From a virus (Duplodnaviria > Caudoviricetes): a DNA stretch of 43,278 nt. This document shows, in pieces, positions 27,775 through 36,770 of the stretch. The stretch is taken from the IMG/VR virus record IMGVR_UViG_3300030095_000993, positions 1-43,278 of that record. One strand, 5' to 3'. The position numbers were made by a program, and so were the translations under genes. The notes below the pieces were generated by a model. It ran no database searches and was not told where the DNA came from. It saw only the letters and a program-made list of their open reading frames with translations. Position 1 is the first letter of the stretch; each line of letters starts with the position of its first letter.

Positions 27775-29417
27775 TACTCTCCTAACTGTTGTGCAACAAT
27801 ACTACTTGGGTCAACTGCTCCGCTTAACTTCTGCGTTGCATCTGCAAGTGCAGGTAGCTGTTGGGCCGCTTGTTGTTCTGCCATTGCGGCAGCCTTAGCC
27901 TCACGCTCAACCTCTACATCTTCCGGGTCATTAAGAGCGTTCATGCTAGAACTGTTAGCATACCATATCTCACGGAATAACTTATCTGGGTCAACATTGT
28001 CTAACGACTGCAACATATTAGGATCAAGTTGCGCTAATTCACCAAACATACGCAAAGTAGTAACAGCCCCCATAGTCTCAAATGATTTCGTTGCCATTGA
28101 GAGTCGGCCAACATAATCAACCTCGTACTCTGGGTTGTCTGCTAACTCTGGAGGTATCGGGGGTAAAAGTTTCTTCTTAGCTAATATGTAATACACATGG
28201 TTCATTACAGGCGTAACATGTTCTTCGACATATCGAGCTACAAACGGAGCAAGCTGCATTAGGTCTGTAGTCATACGCTCTTGAACTTCTGTAGCCGTCA
28301 TGTTGCGATACGCATCTAAAGGTCTAAACAAATGGTTAAAGAACATGCGCTTGATTTGCTCGTCATGTAACTTAAACATTTCTAAAGCTATACCAGGATC
28401 ACCATTAGGAGCAAGGCGTTCTGGTTTGCCATTAGGGTTAGTAGCTCTCCACCGAATAAAAGAACCGGCACGGCTAGACATACCAGAAACGCTGTCGTCA
28501 TCTGGAATCAACCACTGAGGGTTAGCGTGTTGTTCAGCAGATGCGACCATTGATCGGTATATTACATTGGTACGCCTAGCTGTGCCTAAAACCATACTCA
28601 TAGGCGAACGACCATATATTTCTTCGTTGCCAACCATAAAGCGTGATACTTTATAAGGATTAAAATCAAAACCACTTTCTTTTACCATCGTTCCTGTGTC
28701 ACGGCATACATGGTAAGATGCAAATGGTAGTTCTGTAGCCTTTTTACCTTTAGGATTGTAGTCTTGTCGAGGCTGTACGCATTGAATAAATGTGTATTTT
28801 TTATCAGGGTTGTTTTGCATTAACCCTTCTATGTTTTGAAAGTCTGCCTCTTTTAATGCTTCTAAACCAAACTTCTGAATAGCTTGTCGTAAAGTTAACT
28901 TGTATTCACGAGCTACAGTGTCTACCTCTCCCAAATGGTTTTCTTCAATACGAATATTTGAAACAACAACATTTTTAAAACGAATAATGTTCTTATCATC
29001 TTCTTCTAGTGATAAGCAGTTAGTTCCAAAACAACCAAGTGATAGTAACGCTTGAAACGATTCTTGAGAAAAGTTAGAGCCAATTAAAACCTGGTGTATG
29101 ATTCGACTTACTTCCTCAAAGTAATTAGCTACGTTTTCGTTAGCCATCATCATAGGACTAGGGTGACGGTATTTAGCCCACACTGTGTTTGGCGGGAACA
29201 TATGAGAAAAGAACCCGGCGGCAAAGTTGTAGTTTGCCTCAATGCAAGTGTCAATTAAACGCTGTGGTGGCTTTTCTTGCCCACCGATACGAATGCGGTT
29301 GATGTTGTCATTAGTCTGGTAACACCAATCAGCGCACTCCTGCCATAGATTCATCCAATTGCCATGAACATTAGCATTCATAGCATCGTACTTTTTAATT
29401 ATAAATTTAGCGTCCAT
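27774..29417 (-). CDS. Portal (head-tail connector)
   Basis: 547 aa with FGTNCL, YGRSP, MTATEVQER and VDYVGRL. Confidence 0.92.
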   Translation of the reverse strand: MDAKFIIKKYDAMNANVHGNWMNLWQECADWCYQTNDNINRIRIGGQEKPPQRLIDTCIEANYNFAAGFFSHMFPPNTVWAKYRHPSPMMMANENVANYFEEVSRIIHQVLIGSNFSQESFQALLSLGCFGTNCLSLEEDDKNIIRFKNVVVSNIRIEENHLGEVDTVAREYKLTLRQAIQKFGLEALKEADFQNIEGLMQNNPDKKYTFIQCVQPRQDYNPKGKKATELPFASYHVCRDTGTMVKESGFDFNPYKVSRFMVGNEEIYGRSPMSMVLGTARRTNVIYRSMVASAEQHANPQWLIPDDDSVSGMSSRAGSFIRWRATNPNGKPERLAPNGDPGIALEMFKLHDEQIKRMFFNHLFRPLDAYRNMTATEVQERMTTDLMQLAPFVARYVEEHVTPVMNHVYYILAKKKLLPPIPPELADNPEYEVDYVGRLSMATKSFETMGAVTTLRMFGELAQLDPNMLQSLDNVDPDKLFREIWYANSSSMNALNDPEDVEVEREAKAAAMAEQQAAQQLPALADATQKLSGAVDPSSIVAQQLGE

Positions 29418-29605
29418 TAGCCTAAAGTCTGGTTGCCAGAGCCGCCAAGTGGTCTTTCTGTAAGAATAGTTGACTGGTATCCTTGGCGCTGTCCAGCAGC
29501 TTTCTTGGCCATTGTAACTTGAGCAGACACATCTCTACGTTGCACTGGTGGCGCAGGTGGTGGTGGTGGTGGAGGTGGTGGCGGCGGCTTTGGTGGTGAT
29601 CCCAT
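29417..29605 (-). CDS. Proline-rich small virion protein
   Basis: Poly-Pro N-terminus then GYQSTILT..TLG; typical pre-portal position. Confidence 0.7.
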   Translation of the reverse strand: MGSPPKPPPPPPPPPPPAPPVQRRDVSAQVTMAKKAAGQRQGYQSTILTERPLGGSGNQTLG

Positions 29606-29613
29606 TATATCTC

Positions 29614-29931
29614 CTAATAACGTCTTTTAATTTTATTAAATTCTATTAATCTGTAATTTTTATCAAATCGTTCAAAACAAATAAATTCTGTGGGTTCTAC
29701 TAAACTAAACAAAGATTTAGGGTTACCTGCGAGCAAATATACGAACCATGTATTCGGTTTGTCAAGATTATTGTAAGACTTTTTAAGTATATAGTCAGAA
29801 TGTATTTTATAACCACAAACAAACACATCATCATTTGAAATAATTATCCCATAAGTGCCACAATAATCTACTACTGTATAAAAGTCTTTAGGGTCATCGT
29901 ATAGCAACTTAGCTCGATCATATGGTCTCAT
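29614..29931 (-). CDS. Hypothetical protein (105 aa)
   Basis: ATGA-coupled to the terminase gene. Confidence 0.7.
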   Translation of the reverse strand: MRPYDRAKLLYDDPKDFYTVVDYCGTYGIIISNDDVFVCGYKIHSDYILKKSYNNLDKPNTWFVYLLAGNPKSLFSLVEPTEFICFERFDKNYRLIEFNKIKRRY

Positions 29932-31319
29932 ACAATAAAATCCAAATCTTCGTAGTATTCTTGTCTAGGTGGGCGATTGCTTTTAATTAAATACTCTTGC
30001 ACCATTCCGTTATGCATAGCCATAAACATCATTCTGGCTGCGTCTGCTCCGTGTGAGTATTCGTTGTGCAAGATTTTTCCAGTATTGGGATTCCATTGGT
30101 AGTTCTTGAGGCATTCAAGTAATCGAACACATCGTTCATTGATTCTTATATCAGGTAGGTTACGTCTGACAATTTCGATGTCATCACGGACTGAATTCGT
30201 TTTGGGAATCGGACGTACCTCAAAGCCAAACTCAGTACGGCAAAAGTCCAGAATGTTGTGGCCGGTAGTGTTATTTCTTTTCTTAGCGTCATGGGGCATG
30301 TAGTGTCCGGCATAGGTATATCCTTTTTCGTTTATTACATCTATGTAATGTTTTATGTCGTGTCCAGTGTTCTCATAGTAATCAATAATCGTAGCCTGTT
30401 TGTGTTGTATTTTTGCAAAAACAATAGCAGTAGGGTCGTCCATGCCTAAATCCCAAAAGGTGTATACAGGCATATTAGCAGGGTCAATGTCTCCTATCTT
30501 GCTATCAGCTTCTAGCTTGACCATCTCATATCCATACACAGAGTTAGCCACATCAGCAACAGCTTCATTCAAATACTCCTGCCTAGCTAGTGAGTACGAA
30601 ATCATCTTAGAGTCAACTCGGTCTTGTACGTTCATGTATGTTATCCCTGTCAAGGGATCAATTTTATTTTCTAGCTCTGGGTTTAGGTTCATTTCGTCCC
30701 CAACCCAACAGTATCTCTTAGTTTCTTGTGGTGTAAGCCACTCTGTAAACCAATCAGGGTGGTTCTTGTTGGCTTCATACATCTTGTAAAGCTGATTGCT
30801 TTTACCACGCATCGTACCGTTCATAAGAATCCAAGAGTTACCCTCGTCCAAAATAGGAGCAAGAAAGCCCGTTACCTCCTCTTTGTGCAACGAGAACTCA
30901 GATAATGCATACCCATAACCCCCCTGCCCTACGAAATCTAGGTTGTCTGTACCGCTAAAGTTAATCACCGAGCCGTTAATTAGACCTAGCTTCATGTCAG
31001 TGTTGTTCTTATATGCAACAATCTCAGGTGGGAATATCAAGTCTAGTAGATGCCCGGACTTGTCTCCTATGGTTACAATGTTATTCCAGATCGCACGTTC
31101 TGCCCACTTCCGTGTAGGAAACAAATAATAGTAAGAACCAACACGCTGTATAGCCCGTTTAGACAGGATACTAGCTGTAGTTACATCCTTACCGTGCCGT
31201 CTAGGCCAGCTAATAAGCAAGTTCCTAGCCCCCTGGTCTAAAGCCTTCCAACAGTTAGTCTGATAGAACCTTGGCTTCAGCTGCGGGAGCAATATTTTCC
31301 TCGATGTATGCGTTTGCAA
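29928..31319 (-). CDS. terL: Terminase large subunit
   Basis: Walker A WPRRHGKD, Walker B YALSEF, motif III NGTMRG, and nuclease motifs FWDLG, MPHDA and SHGADA. Confidence 0.92.
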   Translation of the reverse strand: MQTHTSRKILLPQLKPRFYQTNCWKALDQGARNLLISWPRRHGKDVTTASILSKRAIQRVGSYYYLFPTRKWAERAIWNNIVTIGDKSGHLLDLIFPPEIVAYKNNTDMKLGLINGSVINFSGTDNLDFVGQGGYGYALSEFSLHKEEVTGFLAPILDEGNSWILMNGTMRGKSNQLYKMYEANKNHPDWFTEWLTPQETKRYCWVGDEMNLNPELENKIDPLTGITYMNVQDRVDSKMISYSLARQEYLNEAVADVANSVYGYEMVKLEADSKIGDIDPANMPVYTFWDLGMDDPTAIVFAKIQHKQATIIDYYENTGHDIKHYIDVINEKGYTYAGHYMPHDAKKRNNTTGHNILDFCRTEFGFEVRPIPKTNSVRDDIEIVRRNLPDIRINERCVRLLECLKNYQWNPNTGKILHNEYSHGADAARMMFMAMHNGMVQEYLIKSNRPPRQEYYEDLDFIV

Positions 31320-31605
31320 AGTCGATCACCTGTATAATTATATTCTGTTTTTCCTGCTCTAAGCCTAAATACTTACCTAGCTTGTCAGAAGCCTGTGCGT
31401 TACCCCTGCCGCTTTCTGCTAACAAATGCTCAAAAACAATCTGCCGCATAGCCTCGGTATCAGTAAAGTCAACGCCATCTAAAGAACTCTTAATCTTAGA
31501 TGACTTCTCCTCTTTACGCTTGAACTCTGCTAACTCTTGGGCGTAAGCCCATAATTTTTTATTATCAGAGGCCCTCATGTCGTCAAATATCTGTTGAGCT
31601 GTCAT
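31255..31605 (-). CDS. Probable terminase small subunit
   Basis: Directly upstream of terL; helical; ASDKLGKYLGL. Confidence 0.55.
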   Translation of the reverse strand: MTAQQIFDDMRASDNKKLWAYAQELAEFKRKEEKSSKIKSSLDGVDFTDTEAMRQIVFEHLLAESGRGNAQASDKLGKYLGLEQEKQNIIIQVIDFANAYIEENIAPAAEAKVLSD

Positions 31606-31769
31606 TTAGCCTTTTTACTCCAATCTATCTCGTCATAGTTGGCCTGGTAAGCCTTCTTGTCGTACTTAGCGTAGTTAAAGTTCTCACCATCTCTACTTTT
31701 ACCCTTCTTCCAGTCACGCTCGTCCTGAGCCTCCTGCGTATATCTATGTGGCACATTACCCATCGGCAT
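31602..31769 (-). CDS. Small conserved phage protein (55 aa)
   Basis: GGAGGAG RBS; ends YQANYDEIDWSKK. Confidence 0.7.
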   Translation of the reverse strand: MPMGNVPHRYTQEAQDERDWKKGKSRDGENFNYAKYDKKAYQANYDEIDWSKKAK

Positions 31770-31899
31770 CGTCAATCTCCTCCGCATAACACATCATGCA
31801 TACCCACTCCTCAACATTATCACTCTCATCGAGCAACTCTAATATCGGGTTATCTATGCTGTCTACACAGCAACATCTATCACAACTCTTCTGCTTCAT
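31756..31899 (-). CDS. Zinc-ribbon protein, 47 aa (not in ORF track)
   Basis: MKQKSCDRCCC...WVCMMCYAEEIDDADG contains two CxxC pairs. Confidence 0.65.
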   Translation of the reverse strand: MKQKSCDRCCCVDSIDNPILELLDESDNVEEWVCMMCYAEEIDDADG

Positions 31900-32047
31900 T
31901 GCTTATATCTATCGTTTCATTGAATTCTATGCCACAATAGGCACAATATTTAGGATCATTAATACTATTAGGTAACTCATATACATAAAAAAAATTTTGA
32001 CAATTATAACACTCAACATAGGATAAATCAGTAATATTGGGTATCAT
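31880..32047 (-). CDS. Zinc-ribbon protein, 55 aa (not in ORF track)
   Basis: MIPNITDLSYVECYNCQNFFY...PKYCAYCG... contains two CxxC pairs. Confidence 0.7.
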   Translation of the reverse strand: MIPNITDLSYVECYNCQNFFYVYELPNSINDPKYCAYCGIEFNETIDISNEAEEL

Positions 32048-32055
32048 AATTTCTT

Positions 32056-32083
32056 ACAATATTGTTAATAGGGCTATTGTCAA
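32056..32083 (-). promoter_or_regulatory. Sigma70-like promoter heading the late arm
   Basis: TTGACA-N16-TATTGT, ending 8 nt before ATG 32047. Confidence 0.55.
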
Positions 32084-32470
32084 GTGCAAATTTTTAAAAA
32101 GTTTTGATGGGGTCAATAGCTAAAACTTTCGCAAACTTTAAAAGCCTTGGGTACCCTTTAAAAAACCCCCTGGCCTTTGTTAGTCTTTGCAAGAACATAA
32201 TTACTTCCTGGTGTTTTAATGTACGCATGATCTAGATAGGATTCGCAGCAGTACGTCAAGCGTATTTCGCATAAAGATTTCAGCTTGGCACACTTCTACC
32301 ACGCACACGCACGTATAAAGCTTCGATAAATCCTCTGCAGAAAGTCCAAACTCCCCTATATTTTTTTTGTTCATTTGGTGTATTTGGTTCTTTGTATCAC
32401 TCTATGTATTCTGATACTATTTAGGTTGTTCAGTAGATATGGTGTTTACTGCTAAATGAAAGAGGGACGC

Positions 32471-32650
32471 ATGGAAGATAAGACACAAGAAGAGAAGCAG
32501 CACGAGATTGATCCGGGACTTGCGATTGATAACATTGAGATCGCATTCTTTGCATCGATAGCTGATGAGGCAGGAACGATCTGCGTTGAGCATGAGGACG
32601 TTCGAGCAGTTCAAAATATAATCCGATATTATCTAACACAAAATAAATAA
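32471..32650 (+). CDS. Early hypothetical protein
   Basis: GAGGG RBS; first plus-strand ORF. Confidence 0.55.
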   Translation: MEDKTQEEKQHEIDPGLAIDNIEIAFFASIADEAGTICVEHEDVRAVQNIIRYYLTQNK

Positions 32651-32667
32651 TGAAAGAGGGACACAAA

Positions 32668-33078
32668 ATGGAAGTAAAAACAGTAGAACAAGGATTAAAA
32701 TTAATGGCGGAGATGGGATACAAGTATATTCCCTCTGGCTGCTGTCTGGAGGATAGATTGAAAAATGTAAAGAAAGGCGTAGGGTATTTTGAACACGTCG
32801 TATTGATAGAAGAAATGGAACCTTCGGTAGCACATCATTTCCCTTGTGCTATCCTTTTTAACGGAATGCCGTTCGATGATTTCATTCGAGAGCAGTCCAA
32901 AGAAGAAGCCGAATTGAGAGAGAAGAGTAAAGTTGATCACTATAGGATTCTAGAAGGCACAGGGAGAAAGCGAATGCATACGGGAACATATGAATGCGAA
33001 AGGGCATTCGATGTATACAACCATCAAAAGAAGCTTGGTCTTACAGTGTCGATTGAAAAAGCAATTCGACGGGATTAA
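32668..33078 (+). CDS. Early hypothetical protein
   Basis: Same AATGAAAGAGGGAC leader as the previous gene. The start could also be 32650. Confidence 0.7.
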   Translation: MEVKTVEQGLKLMAEMGYKYIPSGCCLEDRLKNVKKGVGYFEHVVLIEEMEPSVAHHFPCAILFNGMPFDDFIREQSKEEAELREKSKVDHYRILEGTGRKRMHTGTYECERAFDVYNHQKKLGLTVSIEKAIRRD

Positions 33079-33085
33079 TTCATAA

Positions 33086-33145
33086 ATCGAAACGGGGTTC
33101 GCCCCGTCTGTCTAGTGTGGTGGCTAGGCACTGATGAGATAACCA
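33086..33145 (+). ncRNA. Hammerhead ribozyme, type II
   Basis: AUC-GAAA-CGGGG(UUCG)CCCCG-UC^-UGUCUAGU(GUGGUG)GCUAGGCA-CUGAUGA-GAU-A-ACCA. Complete catalytic core, GUC triplet at 33106-33108, and loop-I UGGU can pair with the 3' ACCA. Confidence 0.92.
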
Positions 33146-33168
33146 AATCAAATAAAAAGGAGCATAAC

Positions 33169-33435
33169 ATGAGACGAGTAATACATGAGACGCATTATAA
33201 AGGTTGTACGCTGGACGATGTGAAGCAGGGTATAGCAGATGGTGCAATGCCACGGGCTAACGCACAGATAGTAGACGGACACGCAAAGATGGTTATATCT
33301 GATTATCTTGGTAGAGTAGAACACAATGAAAATGGTGAACGTGTTGAGTATACATATGACTTCGACTGGTCGCATACAGCAGAGATCAGAGATTACCTAA
33401 ACGAAGACTATGAGGGAGGATTCTATGTTGTATAA
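33169..33435 (+). CDS. Early hypothetical protein
   Basis: AAGGAG RBS before ATG 33169. Confidence 0.7.
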   Translation: MRRVIHETHYKGCTLDDVKQGIADGAMPRANAQIVDGHAKMVISDYLGRVEHNENGERVEYTYDFDWSHTAEIRDYLNEDYEGGFYVV

Positions 33436-33643
33436 CAATCCACAACCACCAATCGACCCACCAGAGGAGTATAGTCCATATTCTGAGGATGATTACACAC
33501 GATACACGATTACGATCGATGTTACACTTAACACACTTGAGTATGATGTTGAGACATACGTTAAATCGTTGATCAGAGAGAAGCTGACCGATGATGATCT
33601 TGGTGAGGAGTTGCACAGTATTAAATTCGAGGAGGTGAAATAA
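33425..33643 (+). CDS. Early acidic hypothetical protein
   Basis: GGAGG RBS; PQPPIDPPE N-terminus. Confidence 0.7.
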   Translation: MLYNNPQPPIDPPEEYSPYSEDDYTRYTITIDVTLNTLEYDVETYVKSLIREKLTDDDLGEELHSIKFEEVK

Positions 33644-34131
33644 TGAAGATCGTTAACGTAATATGGAACAGTAATGATGAACCAAATCAGGTTTGGAATT
33701 ACGCTGTTACTGAGTCGGAAGCAAAGACAGAGTGCGCTAGTTACAATCGTAAGATGCGAACCGGGAATTGGTTAAGTTACGAGGATGCAAACACTACTGA
33801 CGAATTTGTTGGTGGTGAATACAATCCTGCATATGTGCCGCAGATCGGCATTCAACTCGCTAATTACAAACAGCGCACCACGATGAATTACTTCGGTTCA
33901 TTTAACTATGGTGATCTAGTCGGTGAGGAGCAGTTGAAGCAGTTACGGAAACGTACAAGAGAGCACAACGCATACCAGAAACGCATCATGCGAAACCATG
34001 GTGTAGAGAATGGAACATACAAAAAGATCGGTGTGAAATATCGGAAGCGTAGATTGGATATTTACGTTTATGATTACGCACTACAAATGTTTGAAGATGA
34101 GAAAGGGAACTATGTATTCAACGAAGGATAA
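33643..34131 (+). CDS. Early hypothetical protein
   Basis: GGAGGTG RBS and TAATG coupling. Confidence 0.75.
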   Translation: MKIVNVIWNSNDEPNQVWNYAVTESEAKTECASYNRKMRTGNWLSYEDANTTDEFVGGEYNPAYVPQIGIQLANYKQRTTMNYFGSFNYGDLVGEEQLKQLRKRTREHNAYQKRIMRNHGVENGTYKKIGVKYRKRRLDIYVYDYALQMFEDEKGNYVFNEG

Positions 34132-34468
34132 ATCACCGCTAGAAGCGGTACAGGGTATGCTCGTGTGGGTGTACGATTGCAGTCTAGGCAATTCGAGTAA
34201 TGGCGGATTATCGTCGTACTGTCAGAGGCTAGAGATCGGCAAAGACATCGAGTTGGTGGAAGGTCATAGAGGTGGTTGCATCGCCAGACCGATTGGCGAC
34301 CCACCGAAGGGTCATGTAGGATGGATGGCAGGAGGATGCTACATATCAACATCCGATGGTCGGTTCAGTCGAGCAGTTGAGCATATATGTGGGCATCACT
34401 TTTATGGTGCAGTACCATTGCATGACCGCAGTGAGACTCAAGAATTGTACGATAGAATGTGGCATTAA
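34112..34468 (+). CDS. Conserved phage early protein
   Basis: SNGGLSS...MAGGCYISTSDGRFS...PLHDRSE motif string. Confidence 0.7.
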   Translation: MYSTKDKSPLEAVQGMLVWVYDCSLGNSSNGGLSSYCQRLEIGKDIELVEGHRGGCIARPIGDPPKGHVGWMAGGCYISTSDGRFSRAVEHICGHHFYGAVPLHDRSETQELYDRMWH

Positions 34469-34478
34469 GGAGATGAGT

Positions 34479-34643
34479 ATGGATAGCAAACAGAAGAAGA
34501 ATTACACCATCGCATCGGTGGATGTGATAAGCATTGCAATGGAGATGGTAATTAAATATCCAGATCAATCCGTTGGGATTATTAATCATATGAAGAAGCG
34601 CCTAGATGAGATTCTTTTTGAATACATGGAGGTAGAATCATGA
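34479..34643 (+). CDS. Early hypothetical protein
   Basis: AAGGAG RBS; ATGA overlap with the next gene. Confidence 0.6.
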   Translation: MDSKQKKNYTIASVDVISIAMEMVIKYPDQSVGIINHMKKRLDEILFEYMEVES

Positions 34644-34924
34644 GGTGGACGAATGACGTAGTCAGTCAGTGCTGCGGAGCAGTTGCCCACGAGATGGGTG
34701 ATACGCACGTTTGCGGTGAATGCAAAGAATGGTGCGAAGTGTACGATGAAGAGTATGAGATTGATCAACTCTGGGATTACATGGTCAACCATGAGATTGC
34801 GACGAAAGAAGAGTTAAAGTTGGTCGTGAAGATATTTGGCAACACGCTCGATAATCTTGAGAAGGTGCTGTACTGCCGCACGGGCTATCGTGAACTACAG
34901 CAGGCAGAGGAGGCTACAGCATGA
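34640..34924 (+). CDS. Cys-rich (Zn-binding) early protein
   Basis: SQCCGA...CGECKEWC; GGAGG RBS. Confidence 0.7.
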   Translation: MRWTNDVVSQCCGAVAHEMGDTHVCGECKEWCEVYDEEYEIDQLWDYMVNHEIATKEELKLVVKIFGNTLDNLEKVLYCRTGYRELQQAEEATA

Positions 34925-35082
34925 CGTACAACATCTACAAAGATAATCTTCAGCAGTGTGGATTCGTGCGTAAGACGATACGCAAAGTATCAGCGCCTGA
35001 TTGGAGGATGGTGGAGATGTTATCGTCCAAGTATCCGCTTCTACATGCTCGCTACATGCGGACGGACTATAGGGAGGATTAG
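34921..35082 (+). CDS. Small hypothetical protein, 53 aa (not in ORF track)
   Basis: GGAGG RBS and ATGA overlap; MTYNIYKDNLQQ...RTDYRED; ends before the terminator. Confidence 0.55.
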   Translation: MTYNIYKDNLQQCGFVRKTIRKVSAPDWRMVEMLSSKYPLLHARYMRTDYRED

Positions 35083-35102
35083 CAGACCATCCAGAGCATG
35101 CG

Positions 35103-35137
35103 ATCTCTGCCCTCTTCGGAGGGTGGGGATTTTTTTT
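35103..35137 (+). terminator. Intrinsic terminator of the early operon
   Basis: ATCTCTGCCCTC-TTCG-GAGGGTGGGGAT followed by a T run. Confidence 0.85.
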
Positions 35138-35356
35138 GGTTCAGGATTTTTAGTGGTCCGGGAATTTTGGCAGGCCCATTAAAGTCTTTAACTTTTTTAA
35201 CATTTTGACCCATTTGATTGGCGAGTTGTTTTCATTTTATGCGTATCATAATATGGTTGTAAAAGTGGCCAAGAAAGGCAAAATTTAGATCACATTTACT
35301 ATTTACACGCAATAGTTTGACAGCTACTATCTATATATAACAGTAAAGGAGGGCAT

Positions 35357-35533
35357 ATGCCACTAGAAATAAGTAGAACAAAAGAAGGTGGGTTCAACAT
35401 CTCAGGAATGTATTACTCACAAGAAGAAGCAGCAAAGATAAAGGACTTCATTGAGGTCGAGGAGTTCAATGATCATGTTCACGAGCTTGGTGAAGATGCA
35501 TACAGAGAAAAGTACAACGGAGAAGAGCCATGA
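35357..35533 (+). CDS. Small acidic protein, 58 aa (not in ORF track)
   Basis: AAGGAGG RBS; MPLEISRTKEGG...; ATGA overlap with the HIRAN gene; TTGACA at 35317. Confidence 0.7.
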   Translation: MPLEISRTKEGGFNISGMYYSQEEAAKIKDFIEVEEFNDHVHELGEDAYREKYNGEEP

Positions 35534-35919
35534 TAGGTACAACATTATCAGGTATTACATTCGTTAACTGGAATGAGGTAGATATAAATCTGCAAGACAA
35601 GGTAAATGTTCGTGAGCATAAAGAATACAGCGATAACGAGATTGCTTTGTCTGTTCATCTTGAGTCGGGTAAAAAGATAGGTTACATACCTCTTCTTAGT
35701 ACCATTGAAAAGTGGGGAAGAAAAGCGGCACAAGAAAATAACTCAGATGAGTGCAAGTACCTGCGTGATAAATATATAGGCACAAGTGCTGTTCGTGATA
35801 ACATTATTAATGACATGTATCGCAACAATATATCTGTTGAGGGTGTAGTGTCTCGTATTATTACAGATGACGTAACCGGTGATATAAAAAGCATCGGTGT
35901 GTCATTTGATTACATGTAG
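35530..35919 (+). CDS. HIRAN-domain protein
   Basis: LSGITF...ALSVHLESGKKIGYIP. Confidence 0.65.
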   Translation: MIGTTLSGITFVNWNEVDINLQDKVNVREHKEYSDNEIALSVHLESGKKIGYIPLLSTIEKWGRKAAQENNSDECKYLRDKYIGTSAVRDNIINDMYRNNISVEGVVSRIITDDVTGDIKSIGVSFDYM

Positions 35920-35926
35920 GAGTATT

Positions 35927-36154
35927 ATGAGAATATCAAATCAAACAATTAAATTACCAGGAAGCATACAGGTTACAGATGAGTATGCTTGTTCAGACAC
36001 ATTCCCTAATTCATATGATGCAGAAAATTATTATGAGTGGTGTGTGATAGAAGCAGAGCGTATGAAGAACTGTTTTGTCTACGAGGATACCATTGAGGTA
36101 GAGGGAGAGATTATACCAGTGTGTCATGTACGGAGATGTACTGATGTCAAATGA
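35927..36154 (+). CDS. Hypothetical protein
   Basis: AGGAG RBS before ATG 35927. Confidence 0.65.
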   Translation: MRISNQTIKLPGSIQVTDEYACSDTFPNSYDAENYYEWCVIEAERMKNCFVYEDTIEVEGEIIPVCHVRRCTDVK

Positions 36155-36770
36155 GGCCCATGCATTTATAGTTGAAGAGGCTGTTGAGCATGGCATCGAT
36201 AAGGCATTGTTAATGCAGCACATCAGATTCTGGTGCAATCAAAACGAGGGCAGGGAATCTCACACACATGAGGGTAAGACTTGGATGTACCAGTCTGCTT
36301 CTGATATGTGTCATCACTATCGTTATTGGTCGAGGCAGAAGATAAGTAGGCTGCTCCGGGATATGGAGGCTGATGGATTAATTGTGTCTGCTAACTATAA
36401 TTCTATAGGGTATGATCAGACTAAGTGGTATGCTCTGGCTGACAATCTCCAATGTTCAACTGTGAACAATCGAATGTCAAAAGGGGAGCAACCTATACCA
36501 GATACTAAGACAGATACTAAAACAGATACCTTATTTGAAGAGTGTTGGGCTATGTATCATCGTAAAGGTAGTAAGAAGCAATCTATGCGGTATTGGTCTA
36601 AGCTGTCGATGGACGATAAACTTTCGATACAGGCCTCGATTCTTCCCTACATTACTAGTCGGGATAGTATGAAGTATTGCCTGGACTTTCAGGGTTATAT
36701 CAATCCACGCAATAGACGATGGGAAGACGAGGTGTTTGTGAAACCAAAAGAGCAAAGGATGAGTATATGA
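36144..36770 (+). CDS. Replication initiator-like protein (wHTH)
   Basis: WMYQS..YWSRQKISRLLRDMEADGLI..NYN...DQTKWY N-domain and FEECWAMYHRK C-domain; upstream of DnaB. Confidence 0.7.
   Translation: MSNEAHAFIVEEAVEHGIDKALLMQHIRFWCNQNEGRESHTHEGKTWMYQSASDMCHHYRYWSRQKISRLLRDMEADGLIVSANYNSIGYDQTKWYALADNLQCSTVNNRMSKGEQPIPDTKTDTKTDTLFEECWAMYHRKGSKKQSMRYWSKLSMDDKLSIQASILPYITSRDSMKYCLDFQGYINPRNRRWEDEVFVKPKEQRMSI
36499..36530 (+). repeat. Short iteron-like repeats in the initiator gene
   Basis: CAGATAC three times with a 12-bp period. Confidence 0.45.

Noticed and set aside
29736-29766. CTTGACAA inside the 29614-29931 gene as a promoter
   Set aside because: Intragenic with an 18-nt spacer; it cannot be distinguished from chance.
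32285-32300. TTGGCAC as a sigma54 promoter
   Set aside because: The -12 TTGC element is missing (TACC instead).
33115-33168. GTG-start extension of the ORF ending at 33435
   Set aside because: It runs through the ribozyme, and a strong RBS precedes ATG 33169.
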